The notes below the pieces were generated by a model. That model made no database searches and was not told the DNA's origin. It saw nothing but the letters and a program-made list of their open reading frames with translations. Made by a program: the position numbers and the translations under genes. A stretch of DNA of 63,793 bases, filler included. It is 8 parts of 8 records of this genome, joined end to end, with 100 filler letters (N's around TTAATTAATTAA, not from the genome) between each part and the next. Parts side by side here need not be neighbours in the genome. Positions count along the whole stretch, not along the records: positions 19,535 to 32,367 come from SRR31156797_39424; 7 more parts are not named here. One strand, written 5' to 3'. Numbering within the stretch: the first letter of the stretch is position 1; each line of letters starts with the position of its first letter. Of the stretch, positions 19,711 to 29,590 are shown in pieces.

Positions 19711-19840
19711 GGCGGATACGATGTTTGTCCGTGAGCCCGGTTTAATGCCCACCCATTTTCATCGAACGTCTGTAACCGGCCCGGCGAAACCGGGGCTCTG
19801 CGTTCACTAATACCTCTACAGGAGATTTAAGGATGGTTTC

Positions 19841-21745
19841 ATGAAACAGATTATTCTAGGCACGGCCGGCCACATCGACCACGGAAAGACATCACTGATC
19901 AGAGCACTGACCGGTATTGATACGGACCGTTTGAAAGAAGAAAAGGAACGGGGTATCACCATAGAACTGGGTTTCGCCCATCTGGCTCTCCCCGACGGAA
20001 GACTGCTGGGGATTGTTGACGTACCGGGTCACGAAAAGTTCGTCAAAAACATGGTGGCCGGCGCAACGGGAATCGACCTGGTGGCCCTGGTCATTGCAGC
20101 GGATGAGGGCGTCATGCCGCAAACCCGGGAGCACCTGGAGATCTGTTCGCTTCTGAAGATTAAGCACGGCATGGTGGTCCTCACCAAAGTGGATATGGTG
20201 GATGCAGACTGGCTGGAGCTGGTGCGGGAGGATGTTTCCGAATATCTGTCGGAGACCTTTCTGGCCGATGCGCCCATGGCGGAAGTCTCCTCCCTTACCA
20301 AGGCGGGCATTCCGGAACTCATTGAACTGATCAGCCGCATGACCAAGGAGATTCCCGAGCGTGATATGGGGCACCTTTTCCGTCTCCCCATCGATCGTGT
20401 GTTCAGCATGAAGGGTTTCGGCACCGTCATTACGGGTACCAGCGCATCAGGAAAGATCAGGACGGGAGATGAGGTGACCGTTTACCCCCAGGGCATATCG
20501 TCAAAAATCAGGGGCATTCATGTTCACAATAAGACCGTGGAAGAGGTTCAGGCGGGTCTCCGGACGGCCATCAATCTGCAGGGCATCGAAAAAATGATGC
20601 TGCAGAGAGGAAATGTGGTGGCAACAAAAGACGCGCTTCGGTCAACGTACATGCTGGATGTGGTCCTGGATCTGCTTTCCAGTGCACCGCGCAAACTCAA
20701 AAACAGGGCCAAAGTACGGTTCCATGCGGGCACGGCAGAGATAATATCCACCCTGGTTCTGCTGGACCGGGATGAAATGAAACCCGGTGAAACCTGTCTG
20801 GCCCAGATCAGGCTGGATGCTCCCACCACCGTTCTGAAGGGCGACCGATATGTCTTAAGGAGCTATTCCCCTGTGCGCACCATCGGCGGCGGCCAGATCC
20901 TGAACCCCCTGCCCGGAAAGAAAAAGCGGTTCCAGGAAAGGGTCCTCAATGAGTTGAAGCTCCTTGATAAGGGAGAAGTGAAGGAGAGCATTGAACTGTT
21001 TGTGTCTTTGGGACGCTTTCAGGGTGTCGGGGAAGAGGAGCTTTCCTTCCTGGTGAACATGAGCCGGAAAAAGCTGACGGAACAGCTCAACGCCCTTAAA
21101 GCGAAAAGGCGAATTATTCGGTTTGATAAGGAACGGGGTACCATGATCCATGCGGATTTCATGGAAAAAGCCAGGGGTGAGCTTTTAAAAACCCTTTCTG
21201 AATATCATAAAGTCTTTCCTCTGAAGCAGGGCCTGATAAAAGAGGAGCTCCGTTCCAGGATGAAGGGCGCCAATAACCCCAAGCTTTTTAATCACCTCAT
21301 TCATCAACTGGCCAAAGAAGAAGCGCTGGTTCAGGAAAAGGAAGTGGTTCGACTGAAAGACCACAAGGTAACCCTGGCCCGGGACCAGAAAAAGGCCCGT
21401 CGGGAACTGGAAGAGATATATGACAAAGGCCGGCTTCAACCCCCCTATTTCAAGGAAATCAAATTGAAATTCGAAGGGAATACCGCGTCGGAAGTTTTGG
21501 GCGTCATGGTGAAGGAAGGGGTTTTGGTGAAGGTCAAGGAAGACCTCTATTTCCATAGAAGCGCTGTGGAAACACTGGAAAAAGATCTGGTTGATTTTTT
21601 GAAGTCCCATGGGGAAATCACCACACCGCAGTTCAAGGAGATGACCGGCGCTTCCAGAAAATACACCATCCCGCTCATCGAATATTTTGACAGAAACCAG
21701 GTGACGGTTCGGGTGGGGGACAGCAGGGTTTTAAGAAAAAAATAG
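19841..21745 (+). CDS. selB: Selenocysteine-specific elongation factor
   Basis: [37 protein letters not shown]-terminal winged helix [13 protein letters not shown]. Confidence 0.97.
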   Translation: MKQIILGTAGHIDHGKTSLIRALTGIDTDRLKEEKERGITIELGFAHLALPDGRLLGIVDVPGHEKFVKNMVAGATGIDLVALVIAADEGVMPQTREHLEICSLLKIKHGMVVLTKVDMVDADWLELVREDVSEYLSETFLADAPMAEVSSLTKAGIPELIELISRMTKEIPERDMGHLFRLPIDRVFSMKGFGTVITGTSASGKIRTGDEVTVYPQGISSKIRGIHVHNKTVEEVQAGLRTAINLQGIEKMMLQRGNVVATKDALRSTYMLDVVLDLLSSAPRKLKNRAKVRFHAGTAEIISTLVLLDRDEMKPGETCLAQIRLDAPTTVLKGDRYVLRSYSPVRTIGGGQILNPLPGKKKRFQERVLNELKLLDKGEVKESIELFVSLGRFQGVGEEELSFLVNMSRKKLTEQLNALKAKRRIIRFDKERGTMIHADFMEKARGELLKTLSEYHKVFPLKQGLIKEELRSRMKGANNPKLFNHLIHQLAKEEALVQEKEVVRLKDHKVTLARDQKKARRELEEIYDKGRLQPPYFKEIKLKFEGNTASEVLGVMVKEGVLVKVKEDLYFHRSAVETLEKDLVDFLKSHGEITTPQFKEMTGASRKYTIPLIEYFDRNQVTVRVGDSRVLRKK

Positions 21746-22549
21746 TTGAGGCATCCTGACTTGGAGAAATTCTACCACGGTTTCATCACCGCCCTGGGTC
21801 TCGGGCCAAAAGAGCATGTGGCCGTTGTGGGCGGGGGCGGCAAATCGACCCTTTGTTTTGCACTGGCCCAAGCATTAAGCTTGAACGGGGCAAGGGTGAT
21901 TTCAACCACCACCACCAAAGTCCGGCAGGCGGAAGCCGATGCCTTTCCCCACCTGGTGCTTACCGCCACCGAAGGCCCGGTCCTGGAAGCCGTCAAAAAA
22001 GGGCTGGATGAGGCCTGCAATGTCTTTGTGGGGCAAAAATTCCTTCAAAATGGAAAGGTCGACGGCATTTCTTCCGCCTTAGCGGATGACCTTTTCAGTA
22101 TGCCCGGGGTGGAATATGTGATCATCGAGGCGGATGGCGCAGCGGGCCGCCCCCTGAAGGCGCCGGCGGCTCATGAACCGGTGATCCCGGGGTCCGTAAC
22201 GACCGTGATTGCCCTCATGGGCCTGAAGGCCCTCGGTAAACCCCTGGGTCCGGACACGGTCTTCAGGCCTGCGTTGTTTAAAGCACTGACCGGCCTTGAA
22301 GAAGGGGATATCCTTAACCCGGAGAGACTGGCCGGGGCATTTGACGGAAGGATGGGGCTCTTTAAGAACACGCCGGTTTCAGCCCGGCGGATGGTATTTT
22401 TGAACCAGCTGGATGTTTTGCCGGATGATGGAGCGGCTCGGGACCTGGCCCGGCATCTCATTTCCGCGCAACCATCCATTGAGCGGGTCGTTTTAGGATC
22501 TTTTCGAAAAAAAGAGTTCATGGCGATCCCGTCGGAAAGATTCCCATGA
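21746..22549 (+). CDS. yqeC: Selenium cofactor biosynthesis protein YqeC
   Basis: VGGGGKST, TTTTK, IEADGAAGRPLKAPAAHEPVIP, FLNQ.D. Confidence 0.9.
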   Translation: MRHPDLEKFYHGFITALGLGPKEHVAVVGGGGKSTLCFALAQALSLNGARVISTTTTKVRQAEADAFPHLVLTATEGPVLEAVKKGLDEACNVFVGQKFLQNGKVDGISSALADDLFSMPGVEYVIIEADGAAGRPLKAPAAHEPVIPGSVTTVIALMGLKALGKPLGPDTVFRPALFKALTGLEEGDILNPERLAGAFDGRMGLFKNTPVSARRMVFLNQLDVLPDDGAARDLARHLISAQPSIERVVLGSFRKKEFMAIPSERFP

Positions 22550-22579
22550 TGGCATATAAATCCCACAAGGAGATGACCA

Positions 22580-23224
22580 ATGGAAAACAACTATCAATCG
22601 TGGCTCTGGGAAAAGCTGGGAGATAAGTGCGTTAAAAACCTGAAGAAGAATGGTTTTGATGCCCATTTCGCCGCCACGCCGGAGGATGCGAAAAAAGTGA
22701 TTCTGGATATGGTGTCGGGGTTCGATACCTTTGGTTTCGGAGGCTCCGATACCACCCGGGCCCTGGGCCTCACCGAGGCACTGGAAGCCCAGGGCAAAAC
22801 CCTTCATGACCACTGGAAAACCGGTCTTTCCAGAGAAGAGGATCTGGAGATCCGACTTTTGCAGGGACGGTGTGATTGTTTTTTCTGCAGTGCCAATGCC
22901 ATCTCCGCAACCGGTGAGATGGTCAATGTGGATGGCGTGGGCAACCGGATCAATGCCATGAGCTTCGGTACGCAAAAAGTGGTGGTGGTGGCAGGCATGA
23001 ACAAGGTCACCCATGACCTTGAATCAGCACTTGATCGGGTCAGGGATGTGGCTGGTCCCATGCGGGCCAAAAGTCTCAACATGGATACGCCCTGCGCGGA
23101 GACCGGCGTCTGTAACGACTGCAACTCTCCCCAGCGGATCTGCCGGATCACCGCTATTTTTCACCGAAAACCGATGATGACCGACATGTCGGTCGTTTTG
23201 GTAAACCAGGCCATGGGGTTTTAA
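22580..23224 (+). CDS. LUD domain (LutC/YkgG-like) protein
   Basis: GGS.T, SANAI...G..VNVDG.GNR, GMNK, PC.ETG.C.DC.SPQRIC. Confidence 0.88.
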   Translation: MENNYQSWLWEKLGDKCVKNLKKNGFDAHFAATPEDAKKVILDMVSGFDTFGFGGSDTTRALGLTEALEAQGKTLHDHWKTGLSREEDLEIRLLQGRCDCFFCSANAISATGEMVNVDGVGNRINAMSFGTQKVVVVAGMNKVTHDLESALDRVRDVAGPMRAKSLNMDTPCAETGVCNDCNSPQRICRITAIFHRKPMMTDMSVVLVNQAMGF

Positions 23225-23485
23225 ATGGGAAAGCATACACATGATTTTGTGGAAGAATATGATGGTCTCGTGGGCTACGGGCTCGACAGGGAAGGTGATG
23301 AACACACCATCACCTATTATCTCCAGAAATTCTCCGATGATACGCACATGGCCCTCATGCGGAAGCGGATGAGCCAGGAAGACATGACCCGTCTGTTTGA
23401 CCTCTTGACATACCTGTTGAAACAATACCTGAGTGAAGAGGAGTATCACAGCCACTTCCTGAAAGATGAACATCACCATGGATAG
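23225..23485 (+). CDS. Small hypothetical cytoplasmic protein with His-rich ends
   Basis: Starts immediately after the LUD stop; YLQKFSDD, EEEYHSHFLKD. Confidence 0.75.
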   Translation: MGKHTHDFVEEYDGLVGYGLDREGDEHTITYYLQKFSDDTHMALMRKRMSQEDMTRLFDLLTYLLKQYLSEEEYHSHFLKDEHHHG

Positions 23486-23517
23486 AAGGGGGCATGGATA
23501 GAAGGGGGCATGGATAG
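23477..23517 (+). repeat. 16-bp tandem repeat, about 2.5 copies
   Basis: (CATGGATAGAAGGGGG)x2 followed by CATGGATAG. Confidence 0.9.
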
Positions 23518-23520
23518 GGG

Positions 23521-24042
23521 TTAAGCCGTGATGATGGCTGAAAAGATTTCCTCATAGGTGTCCAGCGCTAATTTACTGAAACAGACAAATATAACCTGAT
23601 CCGGACGGTCATCATTTTCAAGAAATTGTCTGGTTTCCTTCATGGCGATTTCAGCGGCCCTTTTCAGCGGAAATCCGTAGACACCGGTGCTGATGGCGGG
23701 GAATGCCACGGTTTTTGCGCCTTTTTCCACAGCGGCCGCAAGGCTGTTTCTATAGCAATGGGCCAAGAGCTTTTCCTCGTTTTGGCCGCCCCCTTTCCAG
23801 ACCGGGCCCACCGTATGAATCACCCATGACGCCGGAAGGTTATAGCCCTTGCTGACCCGCGCCTCCCCCGTGGGACATCCACCCATGTTCCGTGTTTCCT
23901 CCAACAGGCCCGGGCCGGCTGCCCGATGGATGGCACCGTCAACGCCGCCGCCTCCCAAAAGGGAATTGTTGGCGGCATTGACAATGGCATCGATCTTCAG
24001 CTTTGTAATATCACCTTGAACAATTTTGATCTTTTCTTTCAT
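23521..24042 (-). CDS. Macrodomain O-acetyl-ADP-ribose deacetylase (YmdB-like)
   Basis: [40 protein letters not shown]. Start at MKEKIK. Confidence 0.93.
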   Translation of the reverse strand: MKEKIKIVQGDITKLKIDAIVNAANNSLLGGGGVDGAIHRAAGPGLLEETRNMGGCPTGEARVSKGYNLPASWVIHTVGPVWKGGGQNEEKLLAHCYRNSLAAAVEKGAKTVAFPAISTGVYGFPLKRAAEIAMKETRQFLENDDRPDQVIFVCFSKLALDTYEEIFSAIITA

Positions 24043-24077
24043 TTTCTTCTCCGTCCTCTGCTCTCGGATCACAGTTA

Positions 24078-24989
24078 TCAGAAGGCTCCTGTAATCGTCA
24101 AGAGGGCATACAATAAAAACACCAGTACAATCAGCCAATGAAGGCATTTTGAGATAATTCCGAATGGGCATTTTTCAACACCGGATTTTCCCGACGCCTT
24201 CTCGATGCGTGGCAGGATCAGCACGCACCCCAGGAAAAGGGCGGGGAGAATAATGCCCGCCAGGGTGGCCGGTAAGGTTTTCAGAAGGGTCTGAATGCCT
24301 AGAAAAAACCAGGGGCCTTTTATGGATGTGACAAGAGCCTCGGGTGGGATATCCATAAACGGTTTGACAAAGAGCGCATAGAGACACAGTCCTGCCGCAC
24401 CGGCGTAAAGGAAGCCCCGCTCCGGAAACCATTTTCGGATGTGGGTTCTGATGAGATACAGAATCAGGATGGGCAGGAAAAAACAGTGGTACAGATAAGG
24501 GAGGAAAAAAAGGTTTTCTCCGGGTCGAATGAACAGCCTGGAAAGGGGTTCCCCGACCATGGGGATGTTGCCTGTAATATTCATGAAAATTCGCGCCGCA
24601 AAGAACCCTTCCTTGTCTCCTTTCAAGATAAACCCCGTGAAAAGGGTGTAAAAACAGAGGCACAGGGAAAATATGAGGCGTTGCCATTGGCCCAGGGGGT
24701 AAAGGCGATACCGTTTCCGGTGGAAATGGTCCACGGCATGGATGAGCATCAGGATCACAAAAAGCTGGCCCGATGCAAAATGGAGTTGCCTGAAAAACCA
24801 GCCATAGGGGACAAGGGTTGTAATCTCTTCCACGTTTTGAAAGACGTTCCCCATGGGGCGATAATAAAATATTAGGACAATGCCTGAGAAGAGACATAAA
24901 AAAAGGGCTGAAAGCCCCAGGCGGGGAAGGTATGCGGAAACACCTGGCGAAATCCTGTTGCCGGGTCTGTCTGTACTGGGCAAATCCAA
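24078..24989 (-). CDS. Cytochrome b/b6-type subunit of a Rieske/cytochrome b complex
   Basis: SGIVL..YY.P, GW..RQLH...LIH, FTG..L..D, YH...TH (four His ligands), PEWY-like GPWFF. Confidence 0.85.
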   Translation of the reverse strand: MDLPSTDRPGNRISPGVSAYLPRLGLSALFLCLFSGIVLIFYYRPMGNVFQNVEEITTLVPYGWFFRQLHFASGQLFVILMLIHAVDHFHRKRYRLYPLGQWQRLIFSLCLCFYTLFTGFILKGDKEGFFAARIFMNITGNIPMVGEPLSRLFIRPGENLFFLPYLYHCFFLPILILYLIRTHIRKWFPERGFLYAGAAGLCLYALFVKPFMDIPPEALVTSIKGPWFFLGIQTLLKTLPATLAGIILPALFLGCVLILPRIEKASGKSGVEKCPFGIISKCLHWLIVLVFLLYALLTITGAF

Positions 24990-24996
24990 TCCTCGA

Positions 24997-25431
24997 TCAG
25001 ATTTTCATGACGGTTTCGATGTTGCCCCCGGGAGTCTTTTTGACCGGGAGGGGTTGAAGGTTTCGTCGGGCCGGCCCCGAGACCCATATTCCTGAAGCGT
25101 TAAAGGTGCTGCCATGGCAGGGACACTTGAATGTGTTGGAAACCGCATGGAAGTTGACGGTGCATCCCAGATGGGGGCATTTGGCGGAGAGTGCGCTGAT
25201 GCCTTCCTTTGACGGCATGAGGTAAACGCCTTCTTTGAAATTGGCGACGGCGTGTTGCGCATGGGGCGGGAAACAAATGGTCTTTTCTGAAATTTTCCTG
25301 AAGCCGATGAAGGAAAAAACCGGGAAACCGAGGGCCAGGGCGCCCAGCGCATACCCTCCCCATACGGCACCCTTCTTGATAAACTCCCTTCTTTCGAGCA
25401 TCTTCCAATCCATTTTCCGTTTTTGTTCCAT
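24997..25431 (-). CDS. Rieske 2Fe-2S protein with Tat anchor
   Basis: ERREFIK Tat motif, CPHLGC, CPCHGS. Start uncertain (25431, 25413 or 25401). Confidence 0.9.
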   Translation of the reverse strand: MEQKRKMDWKMLERREFIKKGAVWGGYALGALALGFPVFSFIGFRKISEKTICFPPHAQHAVANFKEGVYLMPSKEGISALSAKCPHLGCTVNFHAVSNTFKCPCHGSTFNASGIWVSGPARRNLQPLPVKKTPGGNIETVMKI

Positions 25432-25577
25432 GACCCTTTTGACGTTAGGGAAAAAGACTGAAAAAATCAAGCATTCTCTCTTTTCTTCGTCTTGACCCCG
25501 CCATGAGCTTCTACTATGGTTTTGACGATTCGGAAAAAATGGGTGGATTTCTTGAAAAGCCCACAAAAGGAACTGTT

Positions 25578-26483
25578 TTGAGAATCAGAACGCCGGGGAA
25601 AATTACGGAAGGACTCTGGTGCCTGGGTCGAAAGGAGGCGTGTGTATACCTCCTTGAGGGTAAAGAGGAGTCCATGTTGATCAATGCCGGGACGGTTGAT
25701 CTGGTTCCCCTGCTTCTCAGGCAATTCAGGGAATTCGGTATTGACGAGGCGCGTATCACGCGATTGCTCATGTTGCATTCCCATTATGACCATGTGGGCA
25801 CTGCCCCGTTTTTCAAGCGGCGGAACGAGAACCTGGAACTCTATGCGTCAGCGCGCGGCTGGCGGATTCTCGGAATGGCAAGGGTTGTTAAAGCCATCAA
25901 CGAGGCGGGTCGACAGGCCGCCGCGCGCATGGGGATGGCAACGCTTTACAAGGATTATCCTGTGGCGTGGGGCGATGATGTGACGGGAAAGGCGCTCACG
26001 CATGGAGATCGTCTGGGTGTTAACCCTTTTGAAGGGGTCATATATGAAACGCCCGGCCATTCAATCTGTTCAATCTCTTACCATGTTCCCGCCCTCAAGG
26101 CCCTGTTTCCCTCGGATGCCGGCGGCATTCCCTATGGGGAAACCATCCTGGCTTCCGGAAACGCCAATTTCACACGATACGAAAAGAGCCTCCAACGGCT
26201 GAAAAAACTGGAAGTGAATTATCTCTGCGCGGACCATTATGGCTACATTGCCGGTCCGGAAGCCGGGACGTATATCCTGGAGAGCATTCGGGCCGCCCGG
26301 GACAGGCGTTCAGAATTCCTGGATGTTTATGGGCGAACAATGGATGTTGAGGAAGCCACCCGCAGGCTGGTCAAAAAATTCTACGAGAATCGACCGGACT
26401 ATTTCCTTGCTCCGGAGATCCTGACGGGCATTTTTCGCCAGATGGTGCGGCATATGGTTCGAAACATGGGTCCCAATTCATAA
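25578..26483 (+). CDS. MBL-fold metallo-hydrolase
   Basis: HSHYDHVG, TPGHS, SDA, DHYG. TTG start after AAAGGA inferred (ORF open from 25503). Confidence 0.85.
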   Translation: MRIRTPGKITEGLWCLGRKEACVYLLEGKEESMLINAGTVDLVPLLLRQFREFGIDEARITRLLMLHSHYDHVGTAPFFKRRNENLELYASARGWRILGMARVVKAINEAGRQAAARMGMATLYKDYPVAWGDDVTGKALTHGDRLGVNPFEGVIYETPGHSICSISYHVPALKALFPSDAGGIPYGETILASGNANFTRYEKSLQRLKKLEVNYLCADHYGYIAGPEAGTYILESIRAARDRRSEFLDVYGRTMDVEEATRRLVKKFYENRPDYFLAPEILTGIFRQMVRHMVRNMGPNS

Positions 26484-26496
26484 AAAGCCTGACGCC

Positions 26497-27030
26497 TTAA
26501 CCTTTACACCCGATTCGCAACTCCAAAGTTTTGAGTTTTTCCCGGAATCGATCCGCCATACGGGTCAGGTAGGAGCGCCAGGAAGGATCTGCCCCGAGGT
26601 TAGGGATTACCGCGGACCCGGATACACCAAGCGCCTTTAATGTTTGAATCCGGATCGCTGCCCTTTTGTTGTGCTCCTCTCTTTGTTGCTCCTGAAATTC
26701 ATCAATCAGATCCAGAACCGGTTCCATATGGCATCCCGGGAGTTGATTCAACATCTCAAAAAGAGGTTGATTGTCCCCTTCCACCGTCATGGTGGCGAGA
26801 CACACCGCCAGCAGTTCTTTTTCCGCAACGGGACGTCGTTCCGCATCAAAGGATGCCATTTCGGTTTTGAGCTTTTGGGTTGACAGAATGCCGTCCAGGT
26901 ATTTCTGAAAAAGACCTCTTATCCGGCCTTGAACCTCCTTTTCCACAAAATCCTTTTTGTCTTCATCCGTCACGGTCAGGTTTTTGGCCTTTTCCATGAT
27001 GATGTCCAGGGTACTTCTGATTTCCGCCAT
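26497..27030 (-). CDS. Hypothetical protein
   Basis: RBS GGGAG; follows the serine hydrolase on the same strand; MAEIRSTLDIIMEK...GSAVIPN. Confidence 0.75.
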   Translation of the reverse strand: MAEIRSTLDIIMEKAKNLTVTDEDKKDFVEKEVQGRIRGLFQKYLDGILSTQKLKTEMASFDAERRPVAEKELLAVCLATMTVEGDNQPLFEMLNQLPGCHMEPVLDLIDEFQEQQREEHNKRAAIRIQTLKALGVSGSAVIPNLGADPSWRSYLTRMADRFREKLKTLELRIGCKG

Positions 27031-27058
27031 GTCGTTTATCTCCCATTTGGTAACCGTT

Positions 27059-28165
27059 TCAGGATATTCGCATTGATTGATGGGTCAATCCCAGTTGTTC
27101 CATTACAAGATTGTGCAATTTGGGCCTGAAAGCCCTGATGGCCGTATTGTGTCTCGATGGATGGATTCGGTTGGTTAAAAAGACCACCGTCACATCATGG
27201 TGAAGGTCCATCCACAGGGAAGTCCCCGTAAACCCCAGATGTCCCACGGAATTTGGCGAAAAGTAGCGCCCGGCACTTGAGCCTATGGGGGAAGGGGTGT
27301 CCCATCCGAAGGCCCAGGTGCTGCCGGGTGCGAGATGTTGTTTTTCAAAAAAAGTCCTGACGGTTTTCGGTTGAAGATAATCATCGCGCAATCCGTGAAA
27401 ATGTTCCTTTAAAACATTGGTCAGGCCGTAAACCCCATCCGCTGTGCCGAAGATACCGGCATGCCCCGAATATCCACCCATGGCCCAGGCGTTTTCATCG
27501 TGCACCTCTCCTTGAAGGATCCGTTTACGCCAGGGGCAGTCTTCCGTTGCGGCGAATTCGGTTTTATTTTGCGGCGGATCTGTTTTGCCAAAAAAGAGTT
27601 CTTTTTCCAATGAAAGTGGGGTCAAAAAGTGCTGATTGAGGAACCGGGGCAGGAAATATCCCGTCATTTTTTCAACGATCCATTCAAGGATCATGAACCC
27701 CAGGTCGCTGTAAAGAGACCGTCTCCCGGGCGAAAATGTAAGCGGCACGTTCAAAAGTTTATCCCTTAACAGGGATTTTCTTTCTTGCGGTTTTTCGTCC
27801 GGCAGCTCGAGATAAAAAGGCATCCAGTCCGGAAACCCGGCACAATGGGTCAGAAGATGTCCAAGGGTGATGGTGGCCTTATCCGGGGGAACGGGGATTC
27901 TCAGCAGATGGCCAAGGGTTTGATCCGGATGAATGGTTCCCTGGTCAAACAGTTTCATGATGGACAAGGTGGTGGCCAGGGGTTTGGTCAGGGAGGCCAG
28001 GTCAAAGGGCGTATCCTTTTCCATCGGGACCGGTTCAGGCAGCAGGGCACGATTCCCGGTTTGTTCAAAAAAAACGATTTCATTTTTCCGGGCAACCAGC
28101 AGCACCGCACCCGGATAAACCCCTTCACGGGCGCCCTTTTTCAGGAGGTCTCTAACGGCGAACAT
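27059..28165 (-). CDS. Beta-lactamase-family serine hydrolase (AmpC/AmiE-like)
   Basis: FDLASLTK, LLTH.AG, YSDLGF, GEVHDENA, GHAG.F, GHLGFTGTS, LTNRIHP. Confidence 0.9.
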   Translation of the reverse strand: MFAVRDLLKKGAREGVYPGAVLLVARKNEIVFFEQTGNRALLPEPVPMEKDTPFDLASLTKPLATTLSIMKLFDQGTIHPDQTLGHLLRIPVPPDKATITLGHLLTHCAGFPDWMPFYLELPDEKPQERKSLLRDKLLNVPLTFSPGRRSLYSDLGFMILEWIVEKMTGYFLPRFLNQHFLTPLSLEKELFFGKTDPPQNKTEFAATEDCPWRKRILQGEVHDENAWAMGGYSGHAGIFGTADGVYGLTNVLKEHFHGLRDDYLQPKTVRTFFEKQHLAPGSTWAFGWDTPSPIGSSAGRYFSPNSVGHLGFTGTSLWMDLHHDVTVVFLTNRIHPSRHNTAIRAFRPKLHNLVMEQLGLTHQSMRIS

Positions 28166-28210
28166 AATTCATGGGGGACATGATGACGGGTTCACCCGGC
28201 GCCAGCGGTT

Positions 28211-29572
28211 TCATGGCAGCTTCTCAATTTCCCTCTGCACAATATTGATGTGAGACGTAATTTTGGGTTTCAAAGGGGATCGGGGGTAATCCTCAACCAG
28301 GGTTTTAAGGATTTTGCAGGATGCCTCAAGCAGTTCTCTTTTTTTCTCGGGATCTTTGGTTTTTTTGGATTCCAGAAAAATTTCCGCAGCCCGGTTTCGT
28401 TCACGGTTGATGAGGCCTTCAATGGCCCGACCCTTGAGATCAGCGGCTTCGGCGTCCAGCTTTAGCGTCTTCCCCAGCGCTTCCAGTGCTGTGATGGCCC
28501 CTTTGTAGTCTTCTTTTTCATATGATCTCTTGGCGGCCTCGTAAGTCTCTTTCCGGTAGGCCGCTTTGATCTTTACATTTTCTTCGTATGCGGTTTCCGC
28601 TTCCTCAATATTGTTAAGTGCCCTGTCCATGAGTTCGGTTTCAGGCCCCTCTTCCCTTTCGGCCTTTTCCTTTAAGAGCAGTTGCCTTGCTTCGGTATAT
28701 TCATGGTTTCGGGCCAGCGCATCGACATTTTTCCGAAGCAACACCATGTGGGGTTCCAATTCCTCCGGGGCGGTGCCTTCCGGGGGTTGAAACATGGAAT
28801 GAAACGGCTGGTCCGGTTCCATGGGTGTCAATTGGATCCGATTTTGGAGATTATTAATGATGGTAGCCCTGCGGTCCTGGGTTTTTGAAATCTTTTCCAA
28901 GGTATTGACCGCTTGTGTCCGTTGCCCCAGCGCCAGTTGCCATTGGGCGATATCCCCTCGAAGTTGCACCGCATCGGAGGTTTCTTCAATTCTTTTGGCA
29001 AACTCTGATCCGATCTCAATGGCTTCCTCCAACATGCCGTCTCTGGCCAGGGAGATGGCGAATAAATTACCGATTTCGGGGGTGAGTCCGTTTGGGAAGC
29101 TTGTTTGTAATGCCAGAGTGCGCTGAATCACCCCCGCGTAATTTTCATCCAGATAGAGCGCCAGGATTTCATTTTGTCTCTGAATGAAGTCGGCAAAGGA
29201 ATTTTTATCATCCGATGCTTTACCGATTTTTTCAAAGTAAGTGTTTTCCATGAGCGACATGGATTGAAAAAGGGATTGGGTCAGGATGTTACAATCTTTT
29301 CCGGTTACGGGACCGGAGGCACTCTTTTTAAGAAGGGCATAAGCATCCAGCAGGGCCAAAACGGTTTTCCTGTCACTGTCGGACAGCGCATCGGTTCTTA
29401 AATAATTTTCAAGAACCTGGATTCGACCTTCCACATGAGAAACATCAATGCTGAGGGGTGTGCCGTCCTTTTCGGTGGGTTTTTGAACGGGGGACGGCGG
29501 TTCCGGGGGGATGGATGCACACCCGGCGGTAATAATCAACATGATGAAAAGGAAAATGCTTAGTTGTTTCAT
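28211..29572 (-). CDS. Hypothetical helical/TPR-like lipoprotein
   Basis: Lipobox TAGC, Pro-rich tether, helical repeats, terminal YP.SP motif. Confidence 0.8.
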   Translation of the reverse strand: MKQLSIFLFIMLIITAGCASIPPEPPSPVQKPTEKDGTPLSIDVSHVEGRIQVLENYLRTDALSDSDRKTVLALLDAYALLKKSASGPVTGKDCNILTQSLFQSMSLMENTYFEKIGKASDDKNSFADFIQRQNEILALYLDENYAGVIQRTLALQTSFPNGLTPEIGNLFAISLARDGMLEEAIEIGSEFAKRIEETSDAVQLRGDIAQWQLALGQRTQAVNTLEKISKTQDRRATIINNLQNRIQLTPMEPDQPFHSMFQPPEGTAPEELEPHMVLLRKNVDALARNHEYTEARQLLLKEKAEREEGPETELMDRALNNIEEAETAYEENVKIKAAYRKETYEAAKRSYEKEDYKGAITALEALGKTLKLDAEAADLKGRAIEGLINRERNRAAEIFLESKKTKDPEKKRELLEASCKILKTLVEDYPRSPLKPKITSHINIVQREIEKLP

Positions 29573-29590
29573 TCTTGTGATCCTATCTAA

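Noticed and set aside
19565-19810. 81-aa ORF upstream of selB as a leader peptide
   Set aside because: It begins at the tRNA boundary, spans the predicted promoter, and has no RBS or protein-like features.
22540-22580. Selenocysteine read-through of the yqeC TGA
   Set aside because: The YqeC domain is already complete, the extension is only eight codons to another TGA, and no SECIS-like hairpin follows.
23477-23517. CRISPR array
   Set aside because: The repeats are head-to-tail with no spacers, and no cas genes are present.
25578-28165. MBL-fold protein and serine hydrolase as beta-lactam resistance genes
   Set aside because: Neither has a signal peptide. The motifs fit general hydrolase/esterase subfamilies.
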